DNA from: Candidatus Dormiibacterota bacterium
GTDB lineage: Bacteria; Chloroflexota; Dormibacteria; Aeolococcales; Aeolococcaceae
Length of the DNA: 64,000 nt
Assembly (NCBI GenBank): GCA_963709585.1
Contig: CAVPXI010000005.1
Coordinates: 128,001-192,000, forward strand
Direction of reading: 5' to 3'
Under the pieces are notes generated by a model. The model made no database searches. It was not told where the DNA came from and was given only the letters and a program-made list of their open reading frames with translations. Each line of letters opens with the position of its first letter. Position 1 is the stretch's first letter. Made by a program: the position numbers and the translations under genes. Shown in pieces: positions 50,829 through 62,128 of this stretch.

Positions 50829-52493
50829 TCACGCGCCGGTCTGGTCGACGAGTTGCACCCGCTCGTGCTCGATCGCCATGGCAAGGTCGCGCACCCTCGA
50901 CAGCGTGTCGATATCGGACGGGCCCTTGTCACGCCGCCATCGCGCAATCCGCGGAAAGCGCAAGGCGAACCCGGACTTGTGCCGCGACGACGACTGCACC
51001 GCGTCGAAGGCGATCTCGAGGACGATGCGCGGCTCGACGGTCCGGTAGTGCCCGTGGTCGGCGACGGTGATATCGAGCAGCAGCGCGGTCATCTCCGCGA
51101 TCTCGGCGTCGGTGAGCCCGGTGTACGCCTTGCCGATGGTGGCCAGCTGGTCGCTGTCGTCGACTCGCACCGCGAAGGTCACATCGCTGAGGACGCCGCG
51201 CCGTTTGCCGTGACCCCACTCCGCGCCCACGACCACGACGTCGAGGGTGTCGAGCGCGCGTTTGAGCTTGAGCCAGTTCAGCCCGCGGCGCCCGGGTGTG
51301 TATGGCGACTCGGGTTGCTTGAGGAGCAGTCCCTCGTTCAACCGCGCTCGGGCGTCGTCGAACCGTCGATCGATCTCGGTCTCTCCGTGGACCCGCTCGA
51401 GGTGGGCGAGCGCGAGCGGGTGGGGCACCGCCAGCGCCTCGAGGCGCGCGCGCCGCTCGCGAAGCGGCAGGTCGATCAACACCTCGTCATTCACCATCAG
51501 CACGTCCCAGGCCACGTAGATGACCGGCACCGCTTCCATCACCGCCGCGCCGGGCGAGACCCGGCCGAGCCGGGTCTGGAGCGCGTGAAACGGCATCACC
51601 CGGCCGTCGTGAAACGCGAGGATCTCACCGTCGAGCATCACGTCGGCGTGCAGGCGCACGACTGCATCGGTGATCTCCGGGAACTGGGCCGAGATGTTCT
51701 TCAGGTCGCGGCTGTACAGCGCGACATCTGCGCCGCGGCGGTGCAGCTGGCACCTGATTCCGTCATATTTGTCTTCAACCCAGACGTCCTCGCCGAGTCG
51801 CGCCACTGCCTCGGCCGCGTCGGCCACCGGTGTGGCGAGCATGGATCGGAGTGGCACGAACCAGTGCGGAGCCGCGTCGTCAAGACGTCCCGCGCGCGCG
51901 AGGCGTGCGGTCTCACCGAGGTCGCCGGTGAGCATCACCGCGCGGCTCACGGCCGCCAGCTGCGCTCCGAAGGCGACCGCGATCGCCTCCTCGACCAGTC
52001 CTTCGCGCAAGCCGATGCGCAACTCACCTGTGATCAGCTTGGCGATGTAGCGCGCCTCATCCGGGCTGGCGCGCCCGAGAAGCGCGCCGAGCAGCGAAGT
52101 ACGCTCGCGCGCCACCCGCACCCCGGCGATCTCGGCAAACGCCGCGTCGAGGTCGTGGATCGACATCGGGATCGTCTGGCGCCCCGGGAGGCGGGAGAGC
52201 AAGTCGCCGGTGACATCGCCCGGGTCCGAGTGCCGCCGCCATGCCGCGCTGATCGCTGCGTCGTCGGCGCCGCTGACCTCGCGGAGGACCGTCGAGAACG
52301 CGGCACCGCCCACCTGCAGGGTGCGCTGATCGCCCGCGGGAAAGACGCTGCCACCGAAGTACCGCGCCGCCTGGGCCAGCTCATCCTCTGCAGTCTCGGC
52401 GAGCAACTTCGCAAGCAGTCGCACCTTCTCCGACTTCGAGGAAGTCTGCGCGATCGCGTCGCCGGCTTTTGCCAGCTCGGACAGCGTGGTCAC
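50829..52493 (-). CDS. ligB: ATP-dependent DNA ligase
   Basis: Motifs EDKYDGIRCQ, LDGEI, EGLLLK, WLKLK, GAEWGHGKR and ALRFPR. Confidence 0.95.
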   Translation of the reverse strand: MTTLSELAKAGDAIAQTSSKSEKVRLLAKLLAETAEDELAQAARYFGGSVFPAGDQRTLQVGGAAFSTVLREVSGADDAAISAAWRRHSDPGDVTGDLLSRLPGRQTIPMSIHDLDAAFAEIAGVRVARERTSLLGALLGRASPDEARYIAKLITGELRIGLREGLVEEAIAVAFGAQLAAVSRAVMLTGDLGETARLARAGRLDDAAPHWFVPLRSMLATPVADAAEAVARLGEDVWVEDKYDGIRCQLHRRGADVALYSRDLKNISAQFPEITDAVVRLHADVMLDGEILAFHDGRVMPFHALQTRLGRVSPGAAVMEAVPVIYVAWDVLMVNDEVLIDLPLRERRARLEALAVPHPLALAHLERVHGETEIDRRFDDARARLNEGLLLKQPESPYTPGRRGLNWLKLKRALDTLDVVVVGAEWGHGKRRGVLSDVTFAVRVDDSDQLATIGKAYTGLTDAEIAEMTALLLDITVADHGHYRTVEPRIVLEIAFDAVQSSSRHKSGFALRFPRIARWRRDKGPSDIDTLSRVRDLAMAIEHERVQLVDQTGA

Positions 52494-52551
52494 CCGGGGA
52501 TCATCGCCTCCGGCAGCGGGCGACCGTCGGCGCAGTCGCTCTCGAGGCTGG

Positions 52552-54382
52552 CTACCGGGCGGGCTTGAACACCGGCGGCGGGTGCGCGGCGCAACCGTCG
52601 CAGGCGGGCGACCACCAGAGGCTGCCGCCACTTCCCTGCCAGAACGCTGCGACGGCATTGCCATACCAGCTCACCGCCGAGAGCTGCGAGCTCGCCGCAA
52701 CCTGGTTGAGCTGTTCGGGGCCGAACCAGCCGTTGATCGGGTCGTAGATGGCGGCGGCGAGGGTGCCGTTGGCGCGCTGCATGACCACGGTCACCGCACT
52801 CGCGGCCGTTCCGGCAGCTGCGGGCCGTCCCATGCTCACCGCCGAGTCGACCTCCACCTGAGCCGGGCCGCCGTTGGGCGTGACCGTCGCCGCCCACACC
52901 GATCCGGTCTCTGTCCGCCAGATTGCATCGACGGATCCCGGCCCCGCGGTCACCACGGTGGGATCGCTCGCGAGCCCTCCGGTTCCGATCGCGTGGGCGC
53001 CGAGCCAGCCGAAGGACGCGCCGAGGTCGCTCCAGAGGTTGCCCGCGGCGTCGCGCCACACGACGCCGACGGTGCCGTTGGAGGTGGCCACCGCGTCAGG
53101 ATTGCCCAGGACGGCGCCGGAGTTGAGTGGCGTGGCGGCCGACCAGAAGCCATCAAATGTGTTGACCCAGAGCTGCCCGTCGAGCGCCTTCCAGATGACC
53201 TCCATCTCGCCGGTTGCTTGACTGACGGCCGTCGGAGCCGAACCGATCGCGAGCGCGCCCACCTGGAGCTCCTGCGGAGGGCTCCATGTCTCCGAGCCGA
53301 AGAACCCACTCTGGGACTGCACCTGCCAGAGGTTGCCCAAGGCGTCCTCCCAGAAGGCATCGACCTGACCCGCGACCGGCGACACCACCGCAGGGTCCGA
53401 CGCGACACCGGCCGGGCTGGTCGCCGCTACCGACTGCGACTGCCAGGTCTCGTTGCGATACGCGAGGTCGTGGAGCTTCGCGTCGCTGCCGCGCCAGATC
53501 ACGTCGATATTCCCGGGCTGATCCGAGACGCTCTGCGGGGTGCCGGCAACGCTGGTCGCGGTCAGTTCGACCGGAGCCTGCTCGGTCTCGCGGAGCCAGC
53601 CGATGATCGGCGTGTACCCGTTGGCGGTCACCCGCGACCCGCCCAGCGGGAAGCGATCGGTGCCCGACGAGGTCGCGTTCTGCTCGACCACGTCGACGTA
53701 CCCCGGACCAACATCGCGAACGATGGCAACGTGTCCCGAACCGTCCCAGTAACTGCCGAGCCAGCCGGGGGCGAAGATCATCAGATCGCCCTGCACCGGC
53801 GGAGTGCCGCCGCCGTTCGCGTATTGCGTGAGCGGGATCGGCAGCGCGGGGCCTGCCTGCCACATGGTGCTCGCCCCGCCGACGGCGCCGTAGGGGTACC
53901 AGTTCGCCGGCTCTCCCCACGCGTAATAGGCGTAGCGATCGGCGAGCTCCTCGCACTGGAACTCAGGGCCGAAGCGGCAACCGTTCGGTGGCCCGCAGCC
54001 CACATTGCCGAAGCCGGACCCATTGCCGTATGCCGTCAGGTTCTGGCAGGCGGTCACCCAGGTCGCCCAGGCGCAGCCGCTGATCAAGGGCTGGCCGTAG
54101 TTGCCGGTTCCGGCGACCTCGGCCGCGAGCATGCCGCGCGTGACCGTCGGCGCCGCCGGCGGCGCGCTGTTGATCGGCGCCGCGCTCGGCGTCTTCTTGA
54201 TGGTTGTCGCCGCCGCGGCGGCGGTCAGGGCGACAACGGCGCCCACGCTCGTCGCAGCCGCAACGGGCGTGGCCGTGCCCGCCAGGCTCGGTGCTGCAGC
54301 CCCGGCGTTCAAGAGTGGGGCAAGAACTCGCGGACCCCGCCAGCAGAACGGCAAGCGTCAGTCGATGAAAGGACGTATGCAT
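52552..54382 (-). CDS. Secreted CHAP-domain peptidoglycan hydrolase with C-terminal lectin-like beta-propeller repeats; frameshift near 54330
   Basis: QCEELADRY (Cys), SGHVAIV (His), VVEQN. Repeats of the type DPAVVS..VDAFWED..NLW. Signal peptide MHTSFHRLTLAVLLAG is in the adjacent frame. Confidence 0.82.
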
Positions 54383-54481
54383 GCCGACTCAGACTGCCAG
54401 ACGTCATCTGACGTTGCCGTCACGGCGTCGCAACGATCGAGTTCGCCCACCCATGACGGGCGGCGACCATCGGTCAGCCCT

Positions 54482-57400
54482 TTACTGGAACCAACCTTCG
54501 ATGTCGACGACCGCGTTGACGCTGCCCGCGGCGTTGTACAGGTTGACGTCACCCCGATCAGCGCCTGACACCGGATCGAGTTGCACGACCGTCAGGTTGG
54601 GGAGCACCTCGCCAGCGCTCACATTGATGTCCGATGCCAGGGGCAGGCCGATATTCGACGGGTACATCGTGAGAAAGGTCGCCGCGGTCGGAGCGATCGC
54701 GGTCAGATTCGCAATCACCGCCACCGCCGTCGTTCCCGACGGAATCCCGCCCTGCCCGGCCGCGACGATCAGGCGGACACCTTTCGCGCTCAGTGCCGGG
54801 CCGGCACACCCCGGCCCTCCCGACCGTGTGTCGCAGATCCGGGTCGGCTGGATCCCCTGATACTGCGAGCCGGCCGCCGCCGAGACGCTTCCGAACCATC
54901 CGCCGGCGTCGATGATCACGTTGATGGTCCCAGCAGCGTTGTACACGCAGAGCGAGTTGGCATGCCCCCCAGGCGTGGACGGGCCGAGCGCCACCATGAC
55001 ACGGTTCGCCGCGACCAACCCGGCGGAGAGGTTGATCGTCGAGAACTTCGGTGCTGTGCTCCCGATGTACGGGCACTGCCCGTTCGAGTTGGTCGGCGAG
55101 AGGCTCAAGTAGGTCGGCGCGGTACCCGCGACACCGGTGAGGTTGACCACCGCGGCGGCTGCCGTGCCGTCTCCGGGGATCGCGTCCGCACCGGTACCGG
55201 TCACGTTGACGAGCAGCGCGCCACCCGCCCCGATCGCCCCGTGCTGCTTGCACAGTGGCGTCAGCGAGCCGCTTCGGGTGTCACATACCCGCACCGGTGC
55301 GATCGGGTGGAACTCGCCCGCGACGACGCTCGACGACTTCGGCTCGAAGTACCCCTCCACGTCCGCGAGCACGTTGACCGTCCCCAGCGCGTTGTAAATG
55401 TTCACCGCTCCGCCCTGGCCGAGGGTCACGGTGACCAGGTTAGCGATCACCTTCCCGGGCGCGAAGTTCAGGTTGGAGGCCCGTGGCATCCCGGTACCGA
55501 AGGGGTAGACGGTCAGCAGACTGCCCGCGGTGCCCGCAACCTCGGTGACGTTGAGGACCACCGCGGTGGCATCGGTCGGGATCGGATCGGCACCGATCGA
55601 GAGCCCGGTGACGCCGGTCAACTGCACCTTCCTGGTCGCGCCCGGCCCGAACGTCGGGTCGGCCGAGCATTGGACGCAGTTCGATGGGCGCGTGTCGAGG
55701 ATTCGGAACGGGTTGAGCGGAAAGTAGTTCGCCAGGCCCACGTAGATGTAGCCCGAGCCGATGCCGGTCGCGCTGGTGCCGAGCGAGTCGTGGACCTGCG
55801 CCTGGACGAGGCCGGACGGACCCGGTGGTGTCGTGAACGTGAAGGAGTCGGGGGCGAGCGTGCCGGTAGTTGGCGCGACCGTGGCGCCGTTGAAGATGAG
55901 GATGCTGTCCGATGCGAAGTCGGAGCCGGTGACGGTCACAAGCTCTCCGCCGGATGCGGGTCCCGCGGCGGGCGACAGCGACGAGATCGCCGGCCCGGCA
56001 AACGTGTACCTACCGATGAACGTGTCCCAGCACGTGTTCGCATTCGCGCAACCCGCCGTGCCGGTGTCGCCCTCCGACTCGGCCGACAGCACCCACACGT
56101 CGGATGGATGTGTGGAGTCCTGGACCGCCGCCGAATAGTCACCCCAGGTACAGTTCGAGCATCCGCCGGGTTGGTAGAAGGTCGCGCCCGGGCGGAGATT
56201 GATCAAGCTGCTCCACGTTCCGCCGGTGATCCCCGCGACCATCATCGATGCAAACATCGCGCTCGATGACTCGTTGAACGTGAGGATCGCGTCGCCGGAG
56301 ACGTCGAGCGCGATGGCCGGGTCAAACAGGTACGCACCGGTGACGCTCTCAGCGGGAAACTGTACCGGCGCCCCCACCGCCCCGGCGGACGTTGCCGGTA
56401 TCGACACGACGTTCAGGCACGAGCGCATGCTGTCTCCACTCGGTGTGCACACGGTATTGCCCGCGACCCACAGGTCGTTGCCTTGCCAGACAGCGCTCAG
56501 GAAACGATCGTCTCCTGTGGTCAGCGTCGCGGTCGTACCTTTCTGTACAGCAGGCGGCGGCGCGGACGTTGCCGAAACGCTCTTCGGGGTGCAGATCTGC
56601 GCGACGTTCCGGCCTTCCGGCGTTCCGGTGATCGCAAAGACCGCGATGCTTCCGGATGCTGCCGCGGTGCACGACGCGTTGTTGGCAACCTCGTACGCGA
56701 CTGACTGGGCGCTCAACGCCATCGCCGGCTGCAAGCCGATCGGCCCATCCGCCAGGAAGCTGTAGCTGTTGACGCCGAGCGCTCCGGTGACCAGATCCGA
56801 ACGTTGAATGATCGTGGTCTGACTCGCGACCGCGATACCGGTGGTGCAACTCTCGTAGTCACTCGAACTCGACCACCAGGTTTGCGCTGAGTCCCAGCGA
56901 GACGTTGGAAAGCTCCAGTCCACCCCCGAGCTCGGGATCGATGTTGATCGTGCCACGGCTCGTCCATGGGAACGCCGGGTTTGCCTGCGACACCATGACG
57001 GCCACCTGGCTGCCGCACCCTGAGAGCACCGGGTTGAACTGGAGCACGGTAAGGATGAACAGTCCCGACGTGGGGTCGAACACCACGCGCGGGTAGCGAA
57101 CGTTCCACCCGGACGTGTTCTTGATCATCGCGCTGATGTTCATGCGAACCGGACCGGCGCCCGTGCGTGTGGTGATCTGGAGGGCGCTGTTGACTGCCTC
57201 GACAACATCGTTGGGACCGACGGCGATGCTCGGGTCGGCCGGCGTGGTTACCGCCGCATTTCCGGATCCTGCGGCTCCGATCGCCTGCTGCTCGCTGAAT
57301 CCGGCCTGACTTTGCAGCGCAGAGGGCGCGGTGCCTGGAGTGACCGTGGCGGCGCTCAGCGTGGCCAGATGGCTGTGACCCTGCGACAAGTTTTGCGACG

Positions 57401-57557
57401 TCTGTGATGTTGCTGTGCGCGCACCGTGCGACGCCGAAGCATCTGCAAACACGGGTGTCGCTAACCACGCAACTGAGAGCGCGACGAGCAGCATGGACGA
57501 CGAGATGAACGTGCGGCGCACCACGTCGATTCTAGGAGTGAATTCCCGCAGTGACAC
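54482..57557 (-). CDS. Large secreted protein with IPT/TIG domain and three P.R..DTR Ig-like repeats; frameshift near 56868
   Basis: Signal peptide, DPSIAVGPNDVVEAVN, WGDYS and PAISSLSPAAGPASGG..VTGSDF. Repeats PFRILDTR, PVRVCDTR and PTRICDTR, each ending D..G[YW]F. Confidence 0.82.
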
Positions 57558-57695
57558 GCCGCTGTGACAGTAATCACCGAGTCGTCACATCTGCTTGGCG
57601 GTCGCCTGACCACTGTCCGGGCGTCCGGCACCGGCGATGGCGATAAAATCGGCTCACCGGACAGCCGGCAGATCGCCCAGTTCAGGAGATCCTCG

Positions 57696-57782
57696 ATGAC
57701 CGACCTACGCAGATGGAAGCCCGTTTCACTCGCCGATGACGACGACGAAGAAGAGGGTGACGACGGGGACGACGACGAGTAG
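57696..57782 (+). CDS. Candidate small acidic protein, 28 aa
   Basis: MTDLRRWKPVSLADDDDEEEGDDGDDDE*. AGGAG SD 7 nt upstream. TAAAAT -10 at 57644. Confidence 0.5.
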   Translation: MTDLRRWKPVSLADDDDEEEGDDGDDDE

Positions 57783-59131
57783 CTCCCTCGGCGCGGCGGA
57801 GCGATTCCGGCAGGTCAACCTCATCGCTGATCCGCTCTATGGCTACATAGAGATCACCAAGGACCGGGCGGGCGAGGCGAGCGAGCGCCAGCTCCTCGAC
57901 ACGGTCTGGCTGCAGCGTCTCCGCCGCGTCCACCAGTTGCAGTCGGCGTGGTGGGTCTTTCCCAGCGCCGAGCATTCGCGATTCACCCACCTGCTGGGGG
58001 CGATGCACCTCGCGAGCCTCTTCGCTCGGCGTGTCGACGCCTCGCTGCGGGATGCCTTCCCCGACGCACCGTCGCCGGCACTGGTCGAGGAGACACTCCG
58101 AATCGCAGGAACTCCTGCACGATGTCGGACATGGTCCGTTCGGGCATTTCTTCGACCACGAGGTGCTCGAGCAGTGGCACCTCGATCACGAGGTCGTCGG
58201 CCGCCACCTGGTGACCCACCAGCTCGCCGACATCATTGGATCGTTGCGCGCGAGCCCGAGCGATCGGTTCGCTGCCGGCGAGCACATCGACCCGATGTGG
58301 GTTGCGTGGGTGATGGCCGACGCGGACATCGAGGGCTACTCGCCACCGGGATGGCTGCATGCGCTGAAGCCGATCCTCTGCGGACCAGCGACCGTCGACA
58401 ACCTCGACTACGTCCCGCGCGATGCGTACATGTGCGGCATCAGCCTCGGTGCCGTGGAGGTGCAACGGCTCATCCACTACACGTTCGTCAGCGGGGACAG
58501 CATCGTTCTCCACGCGCACGCGGCAGGCGCGCTCGAGATGTTCCTCGCGTCGCGTCTCTACATGTACCTGCAGGTCTATCACCACCGAACCGGCCGGCGG
58601 TTCGACCTGTCGATGCGCGAGATCTTCGCCGATACCATCGCGCAACTCCTGCATGGCAACCCGCTCGAGCACCTCGACGAGTACGAGTTGCTCAATGACT
58701 GGTCGGTGCTGGTGGCCGTGCAGCGCTGGCTGCGCGAACCGCCTGGCAGCGAACGGCGCCGCCTTGCGGACGCATGGGCGCGTATCGCCGCGCGCGACCT
58801 TCCATGGCATCTCGCCTATGAGAGTGTCGTCCACATGGGGATCGACACCTCGACGCTGCAGGAACGGCTCAACACCCAACTGGCGTCCAAATCACTCGGT
58901 GCGCGCGTCGAGGTCGACGTCGCGATCGCGCGCATCGCTCCGCAGAACCCGATGACCGACGACGGCATGGTCAGGATCTACGATCCGCTGAACGACACCA
59001 TCGAAGCGGCTCGAGCCGCCGAGCTGGTTGCGCGATTGCCACAGCACAACCAGGTGATCCGCGTCTTCATCGACGACGTCTCGGCGCTCCGCACCGTGCG
59101 TGACGCGGTCGAAGCCGTCATCGCCGGCTGA
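57736..59131 (+). CDS. HD-domain phosphohydrolase (SAMHD1/YwfO-like dNTPase); frameshift near 58111; start uncertain
   Basis: IADPLYGYI, LQRLRRVHQL, HSRFTH, LLHDVGHGPFGH, DNLDYVPRD and MYLQVYHH. Confidence 0.88.
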
Positions 59132-59140
59132 TAACCGTCC

Positions 59141-60250
59141 CTAGGGGGCGACGGGCAGACGCGGGCCGGACGGCATCACCGGGCCGGCGGCGGCGCTGAA
59201 GTTCTCCTGGCTCACCTGGGCCGCGATGTGCGAAGCGACATCGCGGAAGACCTCGCCGATCGGGCTCGAGGGTGCGGCAGCCATGATCGGACGGCCGTCG
59301 CCGTCCGCGCCACGGATGCGCGGATCGAGCGGGATGGCTCCGAGAAAGGGCAGCTCGTAGCGGGCGGCGAGGTCGCGCCCACCGCCGGATCCGAAGATGT
59401 CGGTGCGCTCGTTGCAGTGGGGGCAGATGAAGCCGCTCATGTTCTCGACCACGCCGAGCACCGGGACATTGAGCTTGCGGAACATCTCGATGCCACGGCT
59501 CACGTCAGCGAGTGACACGTCCTGGGGCGTCGTGCAGATGACCGCGCCGGTCATGGGCATGCTCTGCGCGAGGCTCAACTGCACATCACCCGTGCCCGGC
59601 GGCAGATCGATGACGAGATAGTCGAGCTCACCCCACGAGACTTCGTAGAGGAACTCGCGCAGCGCCTTGGCGAGCATCGGACCGCGCCAGATCACCGGCT
59701 GACCGGGGTCGAGGATGGTGCCGAATGACACGACTTTGAGTCCATGCGCTTCCAGCGGCTGCATCTTTCCGTCTGGACCGGCGTGTGGACGATCACGAAT
59801 CCCGAGCATGATCGGCACATTCGGTCCGTACACGTCCGCATCGAGCAACCCGACCCGCGCCCCAGCGAGTCGCAGCGCGATCGCGACATTCACCGCCACC
59901 GTGGTCTTGCCTACACCGCCCTTGCCCGCGCTGATGGCGAGCGCGTTGCGCACCCCGGCGATCTCCTGTCGCCCCGGCAGTCCCCGGGTGGTGCTCACGT
60001 CGGCGTCCCAGCGGATCTCGACGCGTGTGATCCCCGGAACCACGCCCAGCACCGCGGCGTCGATGTCCTCTCGGATTCGATCCTTCAGCGGGCAGGCGGG
60101 CGTCGTGAGCACGACACGAATCGATGCGACGCCGCCGTCGACGGCGAGATCACGCAACATGCCGAGCTGCAGCATCGGCTTGTGCAGCTCTGGATCGATG
60201 ACGGTGGCAAGCGCGCGCTCGAGTGCGTCGAGCGCACCAGGATCACTCAT
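59141..60250 (-). CDS. mrp: Mrp/NBP35 (ApbC) Fe-S carrier ATPase with N-terminal DUF59
   Basis: VIDPEL, TTPACP, GKGGVGKTT, DADVYGP, DLPPGTGD and ENMSGFICPHC. Confidence 0.95.
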   Translation of the reverse strand: MSDPGALDALERALATVIDPELHKPMLQLGMLRDLAVDGGVASIRVVLTTPACPLKDRIREDIDAAVLGVVPGITRVEIRWDADVSTTRGLPGRQEIAGVRNALAISAGKGGVGKTTVAVNVAIALRLAGARVGLLDADVYGPNVPIMLGIRDRPHAGPDGKMQPLEAHGLKVVSFGTILDPGQPVIWRGPMLAKALREFLYEVSWGELDYLVIDLPPGTGDVQLSLAQSMPMTGAVICTTPQDVSLADVSRGIEMFRKLNVPVLGVVENMSGFICPHCNERTDIFGSGGGRDLAARYELPFLGAIPLDPRIRGADGDGRPIMAAAPSSPIGEVFRDVASHIAAQVSQENFSAAAGPVMPSGPRLPVAP

Positions 60251-60368
60251 CTCGCGTCGAGTATACCCAGGGGTCCCCAAGCTCACGCTCAGGAGGCCCG
60301 AGCGCTCCAGCAGCGTGAAATGCAATGACGTGCGCCGGAATTGATGCGCTCTCTACAATGCGGCGGGC

Positions 60369-61793
60369 ATGCTCGATCGCCGCGTGATCCGCGATCTCGA
60401 GGGTCAAGTCGCTCCCTCACACGTCTACACACGTCCCGCGGATCTCGCCGCGTACGCCTATGACGCCTGGGGTGCCTCGGGCGAGCGGCACCTTCCGGAT
60501 GCCGTGGTGTTCCCGGCCTCCACCGAGGAGGCCGCCGGGATCGTCAGCGTCTGCGCCGTCCACCGTGTTCCGATCGTCCCCCGGGGAGCCGGTACCGGCT
60601 ACGCGGCTGGCGCGTCGCCGTCGCGCGGCGGTGTCATCCTCAGCCTCGCGCGTCTCAATCGGATCCTCGGCGTCGAATCCGAGGCCCTGCGCCTTCGCGC
60701 CCAGGCGGGTGCCATCACCGCAGGGGTTCACGCGCGTGCCACGGCAGCCGGCCTGTACTACCCGCCGGATCCGGGCTCGTCGTCGACCTGCACCATCGGC
60801 GGCAACGTCGCCTGCAACGCCGCAGGTCCACACACCGTGCGCTACGGCGTCACCGCCGACTTCGTCGCCGGGGTTACCGCCGTCCTGTCCGACGGCCGGA
60901 TCGTCCGGATCGGCGAGGGCGGTGACACATCGGCGTCCGGGCTGCTCTCCCTGATGGTCGGCTCCGAGGGCACGCTCGGCGTGATCACCGAGGTGCTCCT
61001 GAGGCTGATCCCCGCCCCGAAGACCCGATCGACGCTCGCTGCGACCTTCACCGGCATGGAGCGTGCTGCCGCGGCGGTTGCAGCGATCAGCGAGGCCGGC
61101 ATTGTCCCAGCCGCGCTCGAGTTCCTCGATGCCGGCGCGCTCGACGCGGTGCGCAGGGCAGGCGGCGGCAACGTCGGCGCCGGTGCAGCCGCGCTGCTCA
61201 TCGTCGAGCTGGAGGGTGACCCGGCGACGGTCGGCGCGGACACCGAGGCGGCGTGCACGGCGATCACGCGCGCCGGCGCCTCACAGCTCCAGCGCGCGAC
61301 CGAGCCGGGTCAGGCCCAGCGTCTGTGGGCTGCTCGCAAGGCGGTCAGCGCCGCGGTCGCCAAGGTGCAGATCGGCAAGGTGAACGAGGACGTGGTCGTC
61401 CCTCGCGATCGGGTCGCCGAGCTGGTGGCTCACACGCGGGAGCTGGGGAGCAAGCACGAGCTCCCGGTCGTGAACTTCGGCCACCTGGGCGACGGCAATG
61501 TCCACGCCACGTTCCTCATCGACCCGCGCATCGAGGGGGAACGGGCGCGCGCCGACGCCGCGGCCGGTGAGCTCTTCGAAACCGTGCTCACCATGGGCGG
61601 ATCGCTTTCCGGCGAACATGGGGTGGGTGCCGCCAAGCTGGACTATGTCGAGCGGCAGCTCGGGCCGGGGACCGTCGACTTGATGCGCCGGATCAAGGCG
61701 GCGCTCGATCCGCACGACGTGCTCAACCCCGGGAAGAAGATCCCAGGACGTCAGTCCTCTGCGTCGAGCACCGCCAGCAACGAGGCGGCATAG
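60369..61793 (+). CDS. FAD-linked oxidase (GlcD / D-2-hydroxyacid dehydrogenase family)
   Basis: PRGAGTG, PPDPGS..TIGGNVACNA, GSEGTLG, GHLGDGNVH, GEHGVG and LNPGK. Confidence 0.92.
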   Translation: MLDRRVIRDLEGQVAPSHVYTRPADLAAYAYDAWGASGERHLPDAVVFPASTEEAAGIVSVCAVHRVPIVPRGAGTGYAAGASPSRGGVILSLARLNRILGVESEALRLRAQAGAITAGVHARATAAGLYYPPDPGSSSTCTIGGNVACNAAGPHTVRYGVTADFVAGVTAVLSDGRIVRIGEGGDTSASGLLSLMVGSEGTLGVITEVLLRLIPAPKTRSTLAATFTGMERAAAAVAAISEAGIVPAALEFLDAGALDAVRRAGGGNVGAGAAALLIVELEGDPATVGADTEAACTAITRAGASQLQRATEPGQAQRLWAARKAVSAAVAKVQIGKVNEDVVVPRDRVAELVAHTRELGSKHELPVVNFGHLGDGNVHATFLIDPRIEGERARADAAAGELFETVLTMGGSLSGEHGVGAAKLDYVERQLGPGTVDLMRRIKAALDPHDVLNPGKKIPGRQSSASSTASNEAA

Positions 61794-62128
61794 TCGGTTT
61801 CGTCGATACGCCTCGCGAGCTCGCGGCCATCGTCGACCGGCAGCTCCATGGATGCGTCGTACACGAAGCTGTACACATTGCCGAGCGTCCAGTCGCCGAA
61901 TCCGAGTGACGCGAGCGCGTCCGGAAGCCGCGGCTCACTCAGGTCGGCTTCGAACGTGTCGGTCGCTGCCTTGTACAGAGAGCTGAGGTTGCGGTACTCG
62001 GTCTCGTACTCCTCGATCAGCGCCAAGTCCGCCTCCTCTTCGCGAAGTCGGGCGAGCGTCCGGCGCAACGACTGGATCTCCAGCTGGTACTCGTCCACCC
62101 TCGCGCGAGTGTAGAGGACGGAGGTCAC
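61751..62128 (-). CDS. Hypothetical acidic helical protein
   Basis: Natural-looking composition. The start overlaps the upstream stop (GTGA). The 3' end overlaps the convergent oxidase. Confidence 0.7.
   Translation of the reverse strand: MTSVLYTRARVDEYQLEIQSLRRTLARLREEEADLALIEEYETEYRNLSSLYKAATDTFEADLSEPRLPDALASLGFGDWTLGNVYSFVYDASMELPVDDGRELARRIDETDYAASLLAVLDAED

Noticed and set aside
50853-56269. Long plus-strand ORFs of 571, 641 and 562 aa
   Set aside because: Antisense shadows of the ligase, CHAP and IPT genes, with Arg/Gly-rich non-protein-like composition.
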